64,000 nt of DNA from positions 160,001 to 224,000 of IMG/VR virus record IMGVR_UViG_2912838376_000002. One strand, written 5' to 3'. The position numbers were made by a program, and so were the translations under genes. The stretch comes from a virus (Duplodnaviria; Caudoviricetes). This document shows, in pieces, positions 8,659-18,460 of the stretch (positions within the stretch are counted from its first letter, which is position 1; each line of letters begins with the position of its first letter). The notes beneath the pieces are model-generated. The model was not told where the DNA came from. It searched no databases and worked only from the letters and a program-made list of their open reading frames with translations.

Positions 8659-10245
8659 TTAAAATGGTAAATTGTCATCATCTATAGGAGTAGGAGCCCC
8701 TACGTTATAAAACTCAACTGGTTCCGGTTTAGCTAATTTTAAGAAAGAAGGAATGTCTTCTTCATTACAATAGTCTGGAAGCGGGTTTTGGTGTGATTGA
8801 TAACCAGCTTTAAGTTTTCTGATAAACTTTTTATTAAGATAACGATACTTGTCTTGGTCACTAGTAAGCGTAAATAGATTGCGTAGTTCCAATTCAAACT
8901 TTCGCTTATCACGTAATTCTTGTTCTTTGGACTTAGTTTCTTCATATTCTACATACGTCATGATTAATTCGTAAGGAGAGTACACACATTTCTTTAGCAC
9001 TTCAAGATATTCTAAGCCATGTTCATCTAAGAAAGCAGGGAAGTTATTACCCATATTCAGATGCTTATAAAACTTACCGAAGAATCCATGTGGAAACGTC
9101 GTTGCAAACATCACATCATAAAGAGAATTGTTAGTAATGAATTTGTAAATAGGTCGGAATAAGTCAGAGTAAGGGAAACTCATTTTGAATTCTCCGAAGT
9201 ACGATACATTGTCATTAACAAATAGATTGTGACGATACATCTTCTCATTAGCTAAGATGTTGTGTAGTTCATGAGATACGAATTCTTTTCGAGATACATT
9301 TCCGTCAGCAGCTTCTGTATATGCCTCAAGATAAACAAGAACCATGTTGTACAGATAGCTTCTAAGAGCGAAGTCATATTTAAATTTCTCAACAGTAGTT
9401 ACATACTCTATTAGTTCTTCAGGGGTATTACCTTTTTGTTTGAATACCCATGTTAATATATTGAAGGAAGTATACTGAATTGAAAAACCATAGCGTTTCT
9501 TGAAGTAGAATAAACGAACCAATGTACTCTTAGGTGTAATTGGACAAACTACAGACAATCGTTTTTTCTTAATGTCTTCAATAGCAAACTTCGCCGCATA
9601 AACCTCTGTACCTCCAAAATTAAAGAAGTGTCTGATTGAGATATCAAAGTCCATAATTCGTTCAATATCACGACATAGTATTAATTCAATTCTAGTCATT
9701 TTATCGATACCTACTTCAAAGATATATGGAACAGAAATGAAGTCATATGTATAGTTTCTTTCAAACTTCTTAATATTGAAAGTAGGGGAGTAGAATGGAC
9801 TACCACTAGCTATTTTTAATTCTTCTCGTATTTCTTCAATAAATGCTTCAACATCTAATCCTCTGAAAGCAGATACAGGAACTTCCATGAACACATCAAT
9901 ATCTTTAGACTTATATTTGTTTTCAGTCACAACATAAGATACTTCATTATTTAATTCTGGTTGATTCTTCATATATGAATCTGAAAGAAAACCACCAGCA
10001 ATGGAATGTTTCATTTTATGTTCTACTTCAATACGTTCGTTACGTAATAGAAACTGATTTAAACGTTTTTTAAAATAAACTACAAATTCATTTGTTTTAG
10101 CTAAAGTAGATTTTTCAGACCAGTTAATTTCAACCTGCTCTAAATCGTATTTCTCAACTAATGGATCAACAATTGTTTCAACGGTGTTTTCAATTGTGTT
10201 TGGTGTTATTAATCCAAATGGTAATGCTTCAATTACTGTGCTCAT
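8659..10245 (-). CDS. Divergent class II (CCA/poly(A) polymerase-head-like) nucleotidyltransferase with an SSB-like tail
   Basis: IAGGFLSD...KDIDVF (GG..D...DxD) and FDISI (RDFTIN-like) motifs; ends DDDNLPF. Confidence 0.6.
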   Translation of the reverse strand: MSTVIEALPFGLITPNTIENTVETIVDPLVEKYDLEQVEINWSEKSTLAKTNEFVVYFKKRLNQFLLRNERIEVEHKMKHSIAGGFLSDSYMKNQPELNNEVSYVVTENKYKSKDIDVFMEVPVSAFRGLDVEAFIEEIREELKIASGSPFYSPTFNIKKFERNYTYDFISVPYIFEVGIDKMTRIELILCRDIERIMDFDISIRHFFNFGGTEVYAAKFAIEDIKKKRLSVVCPITPKSTLVRLFYFKKRYGFSIQYTSFNILTWVFKQKGNTPEELIEYVTTVEKFKYDFALRSYLYNMVLVYLEAYTEAADGNVSRKEFVSHELHNILANEKMYRHNLFVNDNVSYFGEFKMSFPYSDLFRPIYKFITNNSLYDVMFATTFPHGFFGKFYKHLNMGNNFPAFLDEHGLEYLEVLKKCVYSPYELIMTYVEYEETKSKEQELRDKRKFELELRNLFTLTSDQDKYRYLNKKFIRKLKAGYQSHQNPLPDYCNEEDIPSFLKLAKPEPVEFYNVGAPTPIDDDNLPF

Positions 10246-10278
10246 ATTTATCTCTCCTTAGTAAATAGAATAAAAATC

Positions 10279-10304
10279 AAAAAAGGGGAGGGCGTTAGCC
10301 CTCC
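10279..10304 (-). terminator. Terminator-like hairpin with GTTA/TAAC loop
   Basis: GGAGGGC-GTTA-GCCCTCC preceded by an A-run. Confidence 0.7.
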
Positions 10305-10309
10305 TTGAG

Positions 10310-10603
10310 TTATAAATCATAATTACATTCATATCCAACCGTGTATCGATCAACTAATACCATCACTAAACGGGTCTTTTGTTTAATACTTAGTGTTTTG
10401 GTTCTAGCTACTGTAATCAATATATCTCGTGCTAAGCACTCATGTTTATCTGATTCATCAACTGGATTATCCTTAAAAGATTGGATAACATCATCAATAA
10501 CCTTTTGGTCTGGAACATTTACAGTATATTTAGTAACTGCTTCTTGTATGGAGAACATTTCTCGCATAGCTGCTTCATAGCAATCATCTGCTAAATCACC
10601 CAT
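10310..10603 (-). CDS. Hypothetical protein
   Basis: 97-aa ORF with AGGAGG RBS. Confidence 0.7.
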   Translation of the reverse strand: MGDLADDCYEAAMREMFSIQEAVTKYTVNVPDQKVIDDVIQSFKDNPVDESDKHECLARDILITVARTKTLSIKQKTRLVMVLVDRYTVGYECNYDL

Positions 10604-10720
10604 AGGTTATTAACCTCCTAAGTTAACCATCGCACGATCTACTACATCAGTGCGAATTAATTTCTCTTCTATAAGTAGTTTCATATTGTTTTCAATAAGT
10701 GCTCTCACATAAATTCCCCT

Positions 10721-11089
10721 TTATAAATTCAAGATAGCCGTTCGTCCATTCCTACCCATGTCTAGTTTTTCATCACATGGAGTACATAAGCTGTAAGTCA
10801 TGTTCCAAGGCATAAGCGATAAATCCTTACCACAACATTCACAAGATAGACATTGCTCAAATTTAGCCCACCGCTTTTCTTTCTTAATAGCTTCCTTGTT
10901 ACCAATAGGCACTAAACTATTTCTCGGAGCAGAACCTAGTATTGAAAATATGTCGTTCTGATCCCAAGGAATAGTTTTACTTAAGCGACTAGATAATATA
11001 GAAAGTGTCTTTTCTTGTAAGAACCAAGGCTTTCTTTGAGCAGGTTTATTAAAATCCTGATTAGCTGTTAAATCTATGTTTGCTTTCAA
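10721..11089 (-). CDS. Hypothetical protein with CxxC pairs
   Basis: CECC and CTPC; overlaps the upstream stop codon. Confidence 0.6.
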   Translation of the reverse strand: MKANIDLTANQDFNKPAQRKPWFLQEKTLSILSSRLSKTIPWDQNDIFSILGSAPRNSLVPIGNKEAIKKEKRWAKFEQCLSCECCGKDLSLMPWNMTYSLCTPCDEKLDMGRNGRTAILNL

Positions 11090-11814
11090 TGTTTTTTAGA
11101 GAAGAACGTAGATATCTTCTTGAAGAAACCGGGTTTTTGTTTGTTACCCATCATAAAGCGGTTTTCATGTTCTTCCAACAGAGAAAGTTGTTCTTTTAAT
11201 TCATTAATATCTTCAGGGGTTTTAATCGTCATAGAAATATTTTTACCCTTAGAAGCTTGTACTTTGTTAACCATCTTATCTAGCGTAAGGTCACAATATT
11301 CATCTTCCCAATCGCCGATGAAATAGAAGCGGTCAATAACCGTTCTACTTTTTTCATCTTGAAATGTTCCGAAGAGGATAGGGTCCTTATCGCGGCGTTC
11401 CTTCGTTACTTGTTTTTCAACTTTACCTGTATAATCCGTGAACACAACATAGAACTGATCGAACTTATCTTTAATAGTTTCTAGAACAGCAACAACATCA
11501 TCAGGTATTTCTCGTTCGTAACTTTCAAGATCCTGAATCTTAACTGTATCTTTAGAAATGTTCTCGATAAATTCTTCGATGTCATCACGGTAAACAAATG
11601 TATCGATACCAGCCTGCACAATGCTACGTTCTTTTTCAATTGTTTCTAAATGAAAGATTAATTTCTTAATAGCTTTAGTTTGGCCAGTGATTTTGTACTT
11701 ATTCAAAAGGGTAAGACAGTTATCATAGATGTTTACGAGTTCTTGATCATCTATCGTATTCTTTTTACCTTTTATAATTTCAAAGTATTCGCTTGGCGTT
11801 AGTTCTTGATTCAT
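11086..11814 (-). CDS. Hypothetical phage protein
   Basis: 242-aa ORF translationally coupled (ATGA overlap) to the CCA-type gene. Confidence 0.75.
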   Translation of the reverse strand: MNQELTPSEYFEIIKGKKNTIDDQELVNIYDNCLTLLNKYKITGQTKAIKKLIFHLETIEKERSIVQAGIDTFVYRDDIEEFIENISKDTVKIQDLESYEREIPDDVVAVLETIKDKFDQFYVVFTDYTGKVEKQVTKERRDKDPILFGTFQDEKSRTVIDRFYFIGDWEDEYCDLTLDKMVNKVQASKGKNISMTIKTPEDINELKEQLSLLEEHENRFMMGNKQKPGFFKKISTFFSKKH

Positions 11815-13343
11815 ACCATTTTCCCCACATAGTTAGACATTTGCTCACGAGCATTCTTCATAATGACTGTGCGCTGTGCACGTTTATCTTTATGAATCAT
11901 TAAACCTAACTTTTCACCTTTGTATGTTTTCTTTAGTTCTTCAATATCAAGAAGGCAGGCGATATCCTTTGCATTCTCTACATACATATCCATGATACGC
12001 TTATGTTTGATAGCGATAATTAAATCAACAGTCAGTTTCTTAGCTGATTCATAACTACCGGTAATGAACAATAACTTTCTAATCAGTTCATCAAAGTTGA
12101 GTGTACCTTCAGTGTTAAATACGCGTAACATATAAGATACAACTTTTAGAACAGCAGGTAATAGCTCCGGGTTACGGATTCGACCAACTGTATCAGCAAT
12201 ACATACGGTAATGTAATCTTGAGCCCAACCGACACTCGGAAGAAGACCTGGTTTTCTTATGTAATCACTACCACTGTATTCAAATTTACCTTCCATAAAA
12301 TCAACAGCTTTACCATTCTTCATTGCAGTGAATGCGTCGTGGAAAACCATGTGGTTAGCTACATTGAATAAGATAGCCTTCTTATAAGATTTTAAATTAA
12401 AGCGGTCAAGAAATTGTTCTGCAATTGGAACACCTTCTGCTTCATGTGCAATATAAGTAGGAGTACCTTTAACAGGGTGAATACCTTTTGTTACATATTT
12501 ACCAACATCATGAAGTAAGGCAGAGAACATAACTACTAGTTCACTATTAACAGGTAATTCATCTGCAAGATAACGAGCAGAATCAATAACTTGCATAGTA
12601 TGTTCAAATACATTTCCTTCTGGGTGGTACATTAAGTTCTGTTCAAGTTCTGATAAGCAATCAATCTCAGGGAAATGAACATCTAATACATTTGCAGATT
12701 TTAATGCATGGAAGAAGCGGGAAGGGGTACGAGCCATGAATGCTTTCTTCGTTTCTTCTAATACACGTTCAATAGGTAGTGATAACAACTCTGTTTTAAG
12801 TTGATTCATCATCGTCGATGTTTTGTATTCAATAAAGAAACCATATTCTGCAGCAAATCTTGCCGCGCGATACACTCGAAGCGGATCTTCGCAAAAAGCT
12901 TCAGTAGTTGCACGGATTGTTTCAGTTCTTAAGTCAAGTTCACCATAGAACGGATCAATTAATTTATTTGTTTCTAGGTCGATAGCCATTGAATTAATAG
13001 TAATATCTCGGCGGGCTAAATCATCCTCAATAGTGATATCTGGTGATGCATAGATAACAAAACCATTATGACCTTCAGATACTTTTCGTTCTTTTCTAGC
13101 TAATGCTACTTCACAAAGTTCTCCATCAATATCCATACGATAAACAGGGAAGTCTTTACCTTGTAACATAGCAGTAGGGAAGAGACCCTCGAATCCTTCT
13201 TGTGATATACCAGTCACACAATAATCTTTATCTTTTGGTTCTATGTCTAATAGTAAGTCACGAACAGCTCCACCTACTAAATAAACCTTTGCATTGCATG
13301 TTTTTAATGTTTCTACGATTTTAGTTAATTCCACAAAGTTCAC
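11811..13343 (-). CDS. cca: CCA-adding-type tRNA nucleotidyltransferase with HD phosphohydrolase domain
   Basis: VYLVGGAVRD..DKD, EDDLARRDITINSMA, EDPLRVYRAARFAA, HPEGNVFEH and LLHDVGK motifs. Confidence 0.88.
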   Translation of the reverse strand: MNFVELTKIVETLKTCNAKVYLVGGAVRDLLLDIEPKDKDYCVTGISQEGFEGLFPTAMLQGKDFPVYRMDIDGELCEVALARKERKVSEGHNGFVIYASPDITIEDDLARRDITINSMAIDLETNKLIDPFYGELDLRTETIRATTEAFCEDPLRVYRAARFAAEYGFFIEYKTSTMMNQLKTELLSLPIERVLEETKKAFMARTPSRFFHALKSANVLDVHFPEIDCLSELEQNLMYHPEGNVFEHTMQVIDSARYLADELPVNSELVVMFSALLHDVGKYVTKGIHPVKGTPTYIAHEAEGVPIAEQFLDRFNLKSYKKAILFNVANHMVFHDAFTAMKNGKAVDFMEGKFEYSGSDYIRKPGLLPSVGWAQDYITVCIADTVGRIRNPELLPAVLKVVSYMLRVFNTEGTLNFDELIRKLLFITGSYESAKKLTVDLIIAIKHKRIMDMYVENAKDIACLLDIEELKKTYKGEKLGLMIHKDKRAQRTVIMKNAREQMSNYVGKMV

Positions 13344-13542
13344 CTTCTAGCATTTTCTTGTTGTTACTAATCCAAATTAATGTTTTGTCTCTGAACTCTG
13401 TATTGTTCGGTCCCCAGTGTTCAGCTAATAATAAGATAGAAGCAGGGAGGAGGCGGATAACTCGCTTCATTAAATCCTGCTCCGGTGTACGTCCAGTTAC
13501 ACTAATAAGACAATCGTGAATAGTGTTATTTATACCTGACAT
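13321..13542 (-). CDS. Hypothetical protein
   Basis: 73-aa ORF with AAGGAGAGAT RBS. Confidence 0.65.
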   Translation of the reverse strand: MSGINNTIHDCLISVTGRTPEQDLMKRVIRLLPASILLLAEHWGPNNTEFRDKTLIWISNNKKMLEGELCGIN

Positions 13543-13562
13543 GTTATCTCTCCTTTAATAAT

Positions 13563-13886
13563 TTATGTATACAGCTCAAGCAACCCTTGAAGTTCTCCAA
13601 TTAAATACTGAGTTTCTTCTTTAGTTAATGAGCAGCCATTTAGAATAGACTTACGTTGACCATTCGCATCGTAACCGTCATTTCGAATATTTAACTCAAT
13701 CTTATCCTTACGCTTACGCAAGATAACATTGTGTCTTTTAGCGGTAAACTTATTAGGAGTACCGGGCGAATACGTAACATCTGTATCTTTTCTAAGAATA
13801 ACAACATCCTTTATATCTACGCACATAATAACAACTCCTTTTATTTCTTCCAACCAGTGGTCCAGCTGCAACCACATTTTATACAA
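13563..13886 (-). CDS. Hypothetical protein (probable start 13826, MCVDIK)
   Basis: AGGAG RBS before the internal Met. Confidence 0.6.
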   Translation of the reverse strand: MYKMWLQLDHWLEEIKGVVIMCVDIKDVVILRKDTDVTYSPGTPNKFTAKRHNVILRKRKDKIELNIRNDGYDANGQRKSILNGCSLTKEETQYLIGELQGLLELYT

Positions 13887-14053
13887 CTATATTCATATTT
13901 TCTTTCTACTTTGACTAAAAAGAATCCACGCGTTCTAGTTGAATAACTTCCTAAACACGGGGAACCGCATTCTGGACAAGAGGAATCCTTACGGCGCTGT
14001 TCTTCTTCAATCTTCGCTTGTGCAGATGTTTTAGTTATGATTTTTTCTGACAT
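13841..14053 (-). CDS. Zn-ribbon protein
   Basis: CPEC and CIKC..W motifs. Confidence 0.65.
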   Translation of the reverse strand: MSEKIITKTSAQAKIEEEQRRKDSSCPECGSPCLGSYSTRTRGFFLVKVERKYEYSCIKCGCSWTTGWKK

Positions 14054-14058
14054 ATGAA

Positions 14059-14274
14059 TTATTTCTCCTTATAATGCTTCGAGTATTCTCCATGTGTATC
14101 ATATCCACACCTTGTACAATACCCAGCTTGTTCTATATCATAACTCCAATAACCAGTAGCAACTGTGTAAGTATCCCAATCATGGCCTTTATGTTTACAT
14201 ATAAGACGTTTAATAAACTTAATCATATTTGAGCAATCTTCAGTGCCTTTTGCAGTCCACCATTTTGACACCAT
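14059..14274 (-). CDS. Small phage protein with LIC..KGH.W and C.RCG motif (probable start 14226)
   Basis: RLICKHKGHDW...CTRCG pattern resembles small prophage proteins of the DUF1660 type. Confidence 0.55.
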   Translation of the reverse strand: MVSKWWTAKGTEDCSNMIKFIKRLICKHKGHDWDTYTVATGYWSYDIEQAGYCTRCGYDTHGEYSKHYKEK

Positions 14275-14678
14275 AGAGTTAAGTTTTCTTCTAATACTTC
14301 GCTAACCTTATCGCAAAGCAGGAGAATCTCTTCCGGATCATAAGCATCTTGTTTAACATCGTTACGAATAGATTTAACTAATTCCTCAATCTCCCCAAAT
14401 GACATAGGGCGTCGTTCTACAACTTCTACAGAATCAATCTTAGATATCCGTAATTTATTTAATCGGGACTTAAACTCTTGACCATTTAAAGCAGTGAACT
14501 TAAGTACCTTTTCAGAGTAGCCAAATACCATATCCTCATCTACACAATTCTTAATTTGTTCAAATGGAACTTTAAAGACCATTCGTTTGCTGTTGTATGT
14601 CCATAGGCTAATAGTGAGGATAACTTGTTTGGTCTTATTTAATTCCGTTAACAGTTGCTTGTAGTTTCTGAATTTCAT
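14223..14678 (-). CDS. Hypothetical protein
   Basis: 151-aa ORF with AAGGAGAGAT RBS. Confidence 0.7.
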   Translation of the reverse strand: MKFRNYKQLLTELNKTKQVILTISLWTYNSKRMVFKVPFEQIKNCVDEDMVFGYSEKVLKFTALNGQEFKSRLNKLRISKIDSVEVVERRPMSFGEIEELVKSIRNDVKQDAYDPEEILLLCDKVSEVLEENLTLWCQNGGLQKALKIAQI

Positions 14679-14699
14679 ATTCTATCTCTCCTTAATAGA

Positions 14700-14915
14700 T
14701 TAAGGTCTTTTACCTTCATCTAACATTCTCTTTAGTTCCCGTACCTGACTTAAAGGAACCCTTGTGCAGTAAATGTAGAAGGGCACCGGTTCCTCATTTG
14801 ATTTCTTACAACTTTCGCAATACCAATTCTCATACACGTATTGATAATCGTTAATTGTTTTCAAGGTATCACTCCTTATTAAAAGCGAAATGAATAGCTT
14901 CATCTTTATCGTCAA
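14700..14915 (-). CDS. Hypothetical protein (start uncertain)
   Basis: Fills a gap in the operon; CESC motif. Confidence 0.5.
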   Translation of the reverse strand: MTIKMKLFISLLIRSDTLKTINDYQYVYENWYCESCKKSNEEPVPFYIYCTRVPLSQVRELKRMLDEGKRP

Positions 14916-15375
14916 AGACAGTTAGCTTTTCGTATGATTGAGTGTAGCCACAATTACCTTCTGAAACAAAACGCTTCGCTTCAGCTTCAGTTTTGACTGC
15001 AACTCCGAATGGTGTATCCGTCGAGCGCATAGTTCCGTCACCATCAGATAGTAATACATATACTTCTTTTTCTTCATCTGCACTTAGTAGGTCAGATATT
15101 AAAATAGGTTCAGACTTCCAAGTAACAAACTTGTACTCTCCTAATTCAACAGCTCTACATCTACGTTGTTCTTCCATTGATATAGGAGTCTTAGTTTCAA
15201 TCCAATAATCATACCCACCTCTAGTTTTACCGTGAGGGATATAGTTCGTTTCTTTATCTCGATGTGGTTTATTAACAAATACATTTACCGAGCCGATTTC
15301 ATTACGAACTAAATATGTAAAACCTTTTAAGAATAGGTATCGTAGTTCAATTTCTTCTGCGTATGTTAACACCAT
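14869..15375 (-). CDS. Hypothetical protein
   Basis: 168-aa ORF with GAGGA RBS. Confidence 0.7.
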   Translation of the reverse strand: MVLTYAEEIELRYLFLKGFTYLVRNEIGSVNVFVNKPHRDKETNYIPHGKTRGGYDYWIETKTPISMEEQRRCRAVELGEYKFVTWKSEPILISDLLSADEEKEVYVLLSDGDGTMRSTDTPFGVAVKTEAEAKRFVSEGNCGYTQSYEKLTVFDDKDEAIHFAFNKE

Positions 15376-15386
15376 GACTTTTCCTC

Positions 15387-15707
15387 CTATGACTTTAACT
15401 GAACGTAGTTTAAGTGTGTGTTAATAACTTTGTAGTCAACGTACTTAATAGATTCTTGTCCGTCATAATCGCTTATCGTCCAAGGTCTAGAAGTATCAGC
15501 TTCTGCGATCTTGATATAAGCCCAAGGCTCTGTACCTTCAAGAACACCATGTTTAGCATTCTCTTCGACAAACTTTACATATTCCGCATTAACGCGGCCG
15601 GCAATATTCCACAAAGGTATACCTACTTTATCTATAAGCCTTTGAAAATCTCTCTTAGGCTTAAACGAACCAAAACTAGGTTGAATGATTACCTTAACGA
15701 TAGTCAC
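15387..15707 (-). CDS. Hypothetical protein
   Basis: 106-aa ORF with AGGAG RBS. Confidence 0.65.
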   Translation of the reverse strand: MTIVKVIIQPSFGSFKPKRDFQRLIDKVGIPLWNIAGRVNAEYVKFVEENAKHGVLEGTEPWAYIKIAEADTSRPWTISDYDGQESIKYVDYKVINTHLNYVQLKS

Positions 15708-15722
15708 TACGCAACAACTCCT

Positions 15723-16127
15723 TTATACTTTTCCTTTGAGTAGTTCTAAGATGTCTTCTATATCTTTCTTCTCAACATAAGTAGCTTTTGCTCTATCACA
15801 TATAAACCGAACCTGTTGTAACGTCTCAACACATTTAGCTAATTGTTTAATACCTGCAGTTTCATTACTTTGTAACTTATCAAGAATAGTATGATAGTCA
15901 CCATGTTTCTCTATATAGTAATTACAAGGACCAACAGTTAAGGCACCAACAGGATCTTTCTTCTTCCATTGTTCACTAGCTACTTGCATGACATAACCAA
16001 ACTGGTGTTGATTCTTAGATACAAACTTTTGAACATCATCCATAAACTGCTCCTCCTTATTCGCAAACCTGCTCAAATTTTGTAATAACTTCATACTCCC
16101 AGTGGTACACACCTTGAGCATCTTCAT
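15723..16127 (-). CDS. Hypothetical protein (true start probably downstream, MDDVQK)
   Basis: AGGAGG RBS before the internal Met at about 16043. Confidence 0.6.
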   Translation of the reverse strand: MKMLKVCTTGSMKLLQNLSRFANKEEQFMDDVQKFVSKNQHQFGYVMQVASEQWKKKDPVGALTVGPCNYYIEKHGDYHTILDKLQSNETAGIKQLAKCVETLQQVRFICDRAKATYVEKKDIEDILELLKGKV

Positions 16128-16362
16128 TCACATTTACCGAATCCTTCTCAATTTCCTTAACGGTAAATATATCCCCAATCATAAAATCACTAGCAAAGTG
16201 TTTTTCAGTAATCACTATCTTTTCTCCGACAATAGCTTTCCGTTTAACACTTGAAACTACCTTCGTTTTCGATTGCTTCGGAAGCTGAGTAGTATTGTTG
16301 TATTTAGGTGTGTGATACCAATTGTTAGGCATTATAAAACTCCTCCTTATGTTGTGATACAC
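16057..16362 (-). CDS. Hypothetical protein (probable start 16332, MPNNWY)
   Basis: AGGAGGAG RBS. Confidence 0.6.
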   Translation of the reverse strand: MYHNIRRSFIMPNNWYHTPKYNNTTQLPKQSKTKVVSSVKRKAIVGEKIVITEKHFASDFMIGDIFTVKEIEKDSVNVNEDAQGVYHWEYEVITKFEQVCE

Positions 16363-16578
16363 TTAATCCTTAACAACAACTTCATAGTATCCATCGACAA
16401 GTGAAGAGTGAGGGATATGGTCAATAAAGTTATCACTTTCATATAAGACTTTGAAACATGGTCGGGGCGGATATCCTTCGGGTGTGAACATAATAAACCC
16501 TACAACCTTCGCTTCTTCTTTAGAGTGACGGAAGTTGTATGAATGTAATGACTTCAAATAAATAGGTTGTTCTTGCAT
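16363..16578 (-). CDS. Hypothetical protein
   Basis: 71-aa ORF with AGGAGG RBS. Confidence 0.65.
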   Translation of the reverse strand: MQEQPIYLKSLHSYNFRHSKEEAKVVGFIMFTPEGYPPRPCFKVLYESDNFIDHIPHSSLVDGYYEVVVKD

Positions 16579-16579
16579 A

Positions 16580-16756
16580 TTACTTCCTCCTAAACATCAT
16601 GACTTGTCTTCCGCATGAATCAGTGAATGTATGATGTAAGACACGACCTTCTAACTCTTTAACATCTACATGTTCACCTGTATAAACATTAATAAAGACT
16701 TGTACCATAGCAGCTACTTTCTCATGCTGTGCAGAACCTATATAAACTTCCAACAT
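16580..16756 (-). CDS. Small hypothetical protein (58 aa), not in the ORF track
   Basis: MLEVYIGSAQHEK... with AAGGAGAGAT RBS. Confidence 0.6.
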   Translation of the reverse strand: MLEVYIGSAQHEKVAAMVQVFINVYTGEHVDVKELEGRVLHHTFTDSCGRQVMMFRRK

Positions 16757-16768
16757 AGTAATCTCTCC

Positions 16769-16918
16769 TTATGGTTTAACTTTGCCTTCGATTTGTAGTT
16801 TCATTACTAAGTGAGATGCTAAACGTTGTTCATTTTCAGTGAGTCTAGCACCAGTTAGTTTCTTATATATAACTTTTAGTTCATTACTAGTGAAATTCAT
16901 ATTACGTGTAAGATTCAT
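16769..16918 (-). CDS. Small hypothetical protein (49 aa), not in the ORF track
   Basis: MNLTRNMNFTSNELK... with AGGAG RBS. Confidence 0.5.
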   Translation of the reverse strand: MNLTRNMNFTSNELKVIYKKLTGARLTENEQRLASHLVMKLQIEGKVKP

Positions 16919-17045
16919 ATTCTTGTACACTCCTAAACTTTTTTATGAAATCGACCGAAAAACACCGAAATGATATATATTATATAGTGGGCGGGAAAAT
17001 TCCCCGGAAACAAATCTACTGCTTCTTCTCTCTATATATAACCCA

Positions 17046-17356
17046 CTATATAGACTCATATATACATACCTATATAGACATAACACTATGACATAACGAC
17101 TATATAGAACTACACATCTACTACTATATAGAGACCTAATACTAATAGATAGATTGCTACTATATATAGATGCCATCGATTTGGTTCCATTCAATAACCT
17201 CCAAACCCTTGATACGACTGTGTTTGTACTTTTCTATATATGACAAACACTTAGACTATTACCCTATGATTATGTGTATCTACTATATAGGCATTCTCTT
17301 TATCTACTGCTATATAGACAGAGACACACACCACTATATAGACGTCTACTATATAG
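17046..17356. repeat. Array of the palindrome CTATATAG in a non-coding segment
   Basis: Exact copies at 17046, 17070, 17100, 17124, 17283, 17310, 17334 and 17349; variant CTATATATAG at 17160. Confidence 0.85.
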
Positions 17357-17481
17357 GGAGAATCACATACTTTATGTTTATGTACAGGTAGGAGAGGGGA
17401 TAGACCACCACTAAAACCTATGGCATTCAGAAGGCTTAGAAGGGGCGGAGACCCGCTTCACCCCCATCGAGAGGTGGTGTT

Positions 17482-17754
17482 TCAGCCTATTTTGAAAAAG
17501 CCCCCTGTAGGGAATTTATACGTAGTTTGTTTGTCTACTATATAGGTAACGAAGGCATTGACTGCGCCGACTGCTAGTTGCCATTCTTCGACCATCTTTT
17601 TTGCACGACGGTATGCGACGTCTTTCGGATTGTTGACCCAGTTGATGACACGTCGTTCTTTGCGAGTGACGGTACCGTCTATATCTATATAGATGACTTC
17701 ATACTTGGTGAAGGCCCAAGTGCGTTCGTAAATGTTGACGATAAATGTTGGCAT
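17482..17754 (-). CDS. Hypothetical protein
   Basis: 90-aa ORF with AAGGAGAGATT RBS. Confidence 0.7.
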   Translation of the reverse strand: MPTFIVNIYERTWAFTKYEVIYIDIDGTVTRKERRVINWVNNPKDVAYRRAKKMVEEWQLAVGAVNAFVTYIVDKQTTYKFPTGGFFKIG

Positions 17755-17782
17755 AATAGTAATCTCTCCTTAGTGAATAAAA

Positions 17783-18082
17783 TTAGATACATGCAGGGAT
17801 CAGTTTGTCTGCATAGAAAACGGGTGTCGGTAGTTCTTCCTTCGACAACCAAGCGAGTGAGTTTCCTGTTTCGATTAATTCTTCCGGTACGAATAGTTCT
17901 AGGTATGGACTGTTTAAGTTGACGACTGCATCCATTTCGATGTCACCTTCGATGACGAAAGCTAAGTATTTCTTTGTATAGTGATTTAGTCCGACTACAA
18001 CGACATCGTTCATGTTTGATGTCATTGCATAAGCTGCTGAGTGAGCAGGGGTAAACCCTGGATTAAGCGGTGGATTCTTCAT
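17783..18082 (-). CDS. Hypothetical protein
   Basis: 99-aa ORF with AGGAGG RBS. Confidence 0.7.
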   Translation of the reverse strand: MKNPPLNPGFTPAHSAAYAMTSNMNDVVVVGLNHYTKKYLAFVIEGDIEMDAVVNLNSPYLELFVPEELIETGNSLAWLSKEELPTPVFYADKLIPACI

Positions 18083-18135
18083 GTGTATTTCCTCCTATAT
18101 AGTAAGTATCAGAGTCTGGGGCTAACGCCCCAACG

Positions 18136-18348
18136 CTACTTATATAGCTCATGACTATATAGAGCGGGATCCATGTAACCAAGGCGTTCGAGTTTTTCAT
18201 AGGATGCCGCAGCTTCAGCATGTGAAGAGTAGCGATGAGATATGTGTTTGAATGTCATCCAAGTATCAGAGTGATAGAACTGTAGTCCTATATAGTAGGA
18301 GCTGTCATCTACTTTGATAATGGATAGTCTCGTTGAAAAGTGTTTCAC
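18136..18348 (-). CDS. Hypothetical protein
   Basis: 70-aa ORF with GAGGA RBS. Confidence 0.55.
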   Translation of the reverse strand: MKHFSTRLSIIKVDDSSYYIGLQFYHSDTWMTFKHISHRYSSHAEAAASYEKLERLGYMDPALYSHELYK

Positions 18349-18460
18349 GTAATCCTCTTTCCGCGTTTGTTATTGTTCCGGTTTAAATAGACGACTAAAC
18401 CTAACCATCTCGTTAGGCAATGTCTAGACTTGTAATACAGTCGTGGATGTGATATAGGAC

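Noticed and set aside
16943-17391. Two short ORFs (83 aa minus, 73 aa plus)
   Set aside because: They are translations of the CTATATAG repeat array with Y/I/S-biased composition and no RBS.
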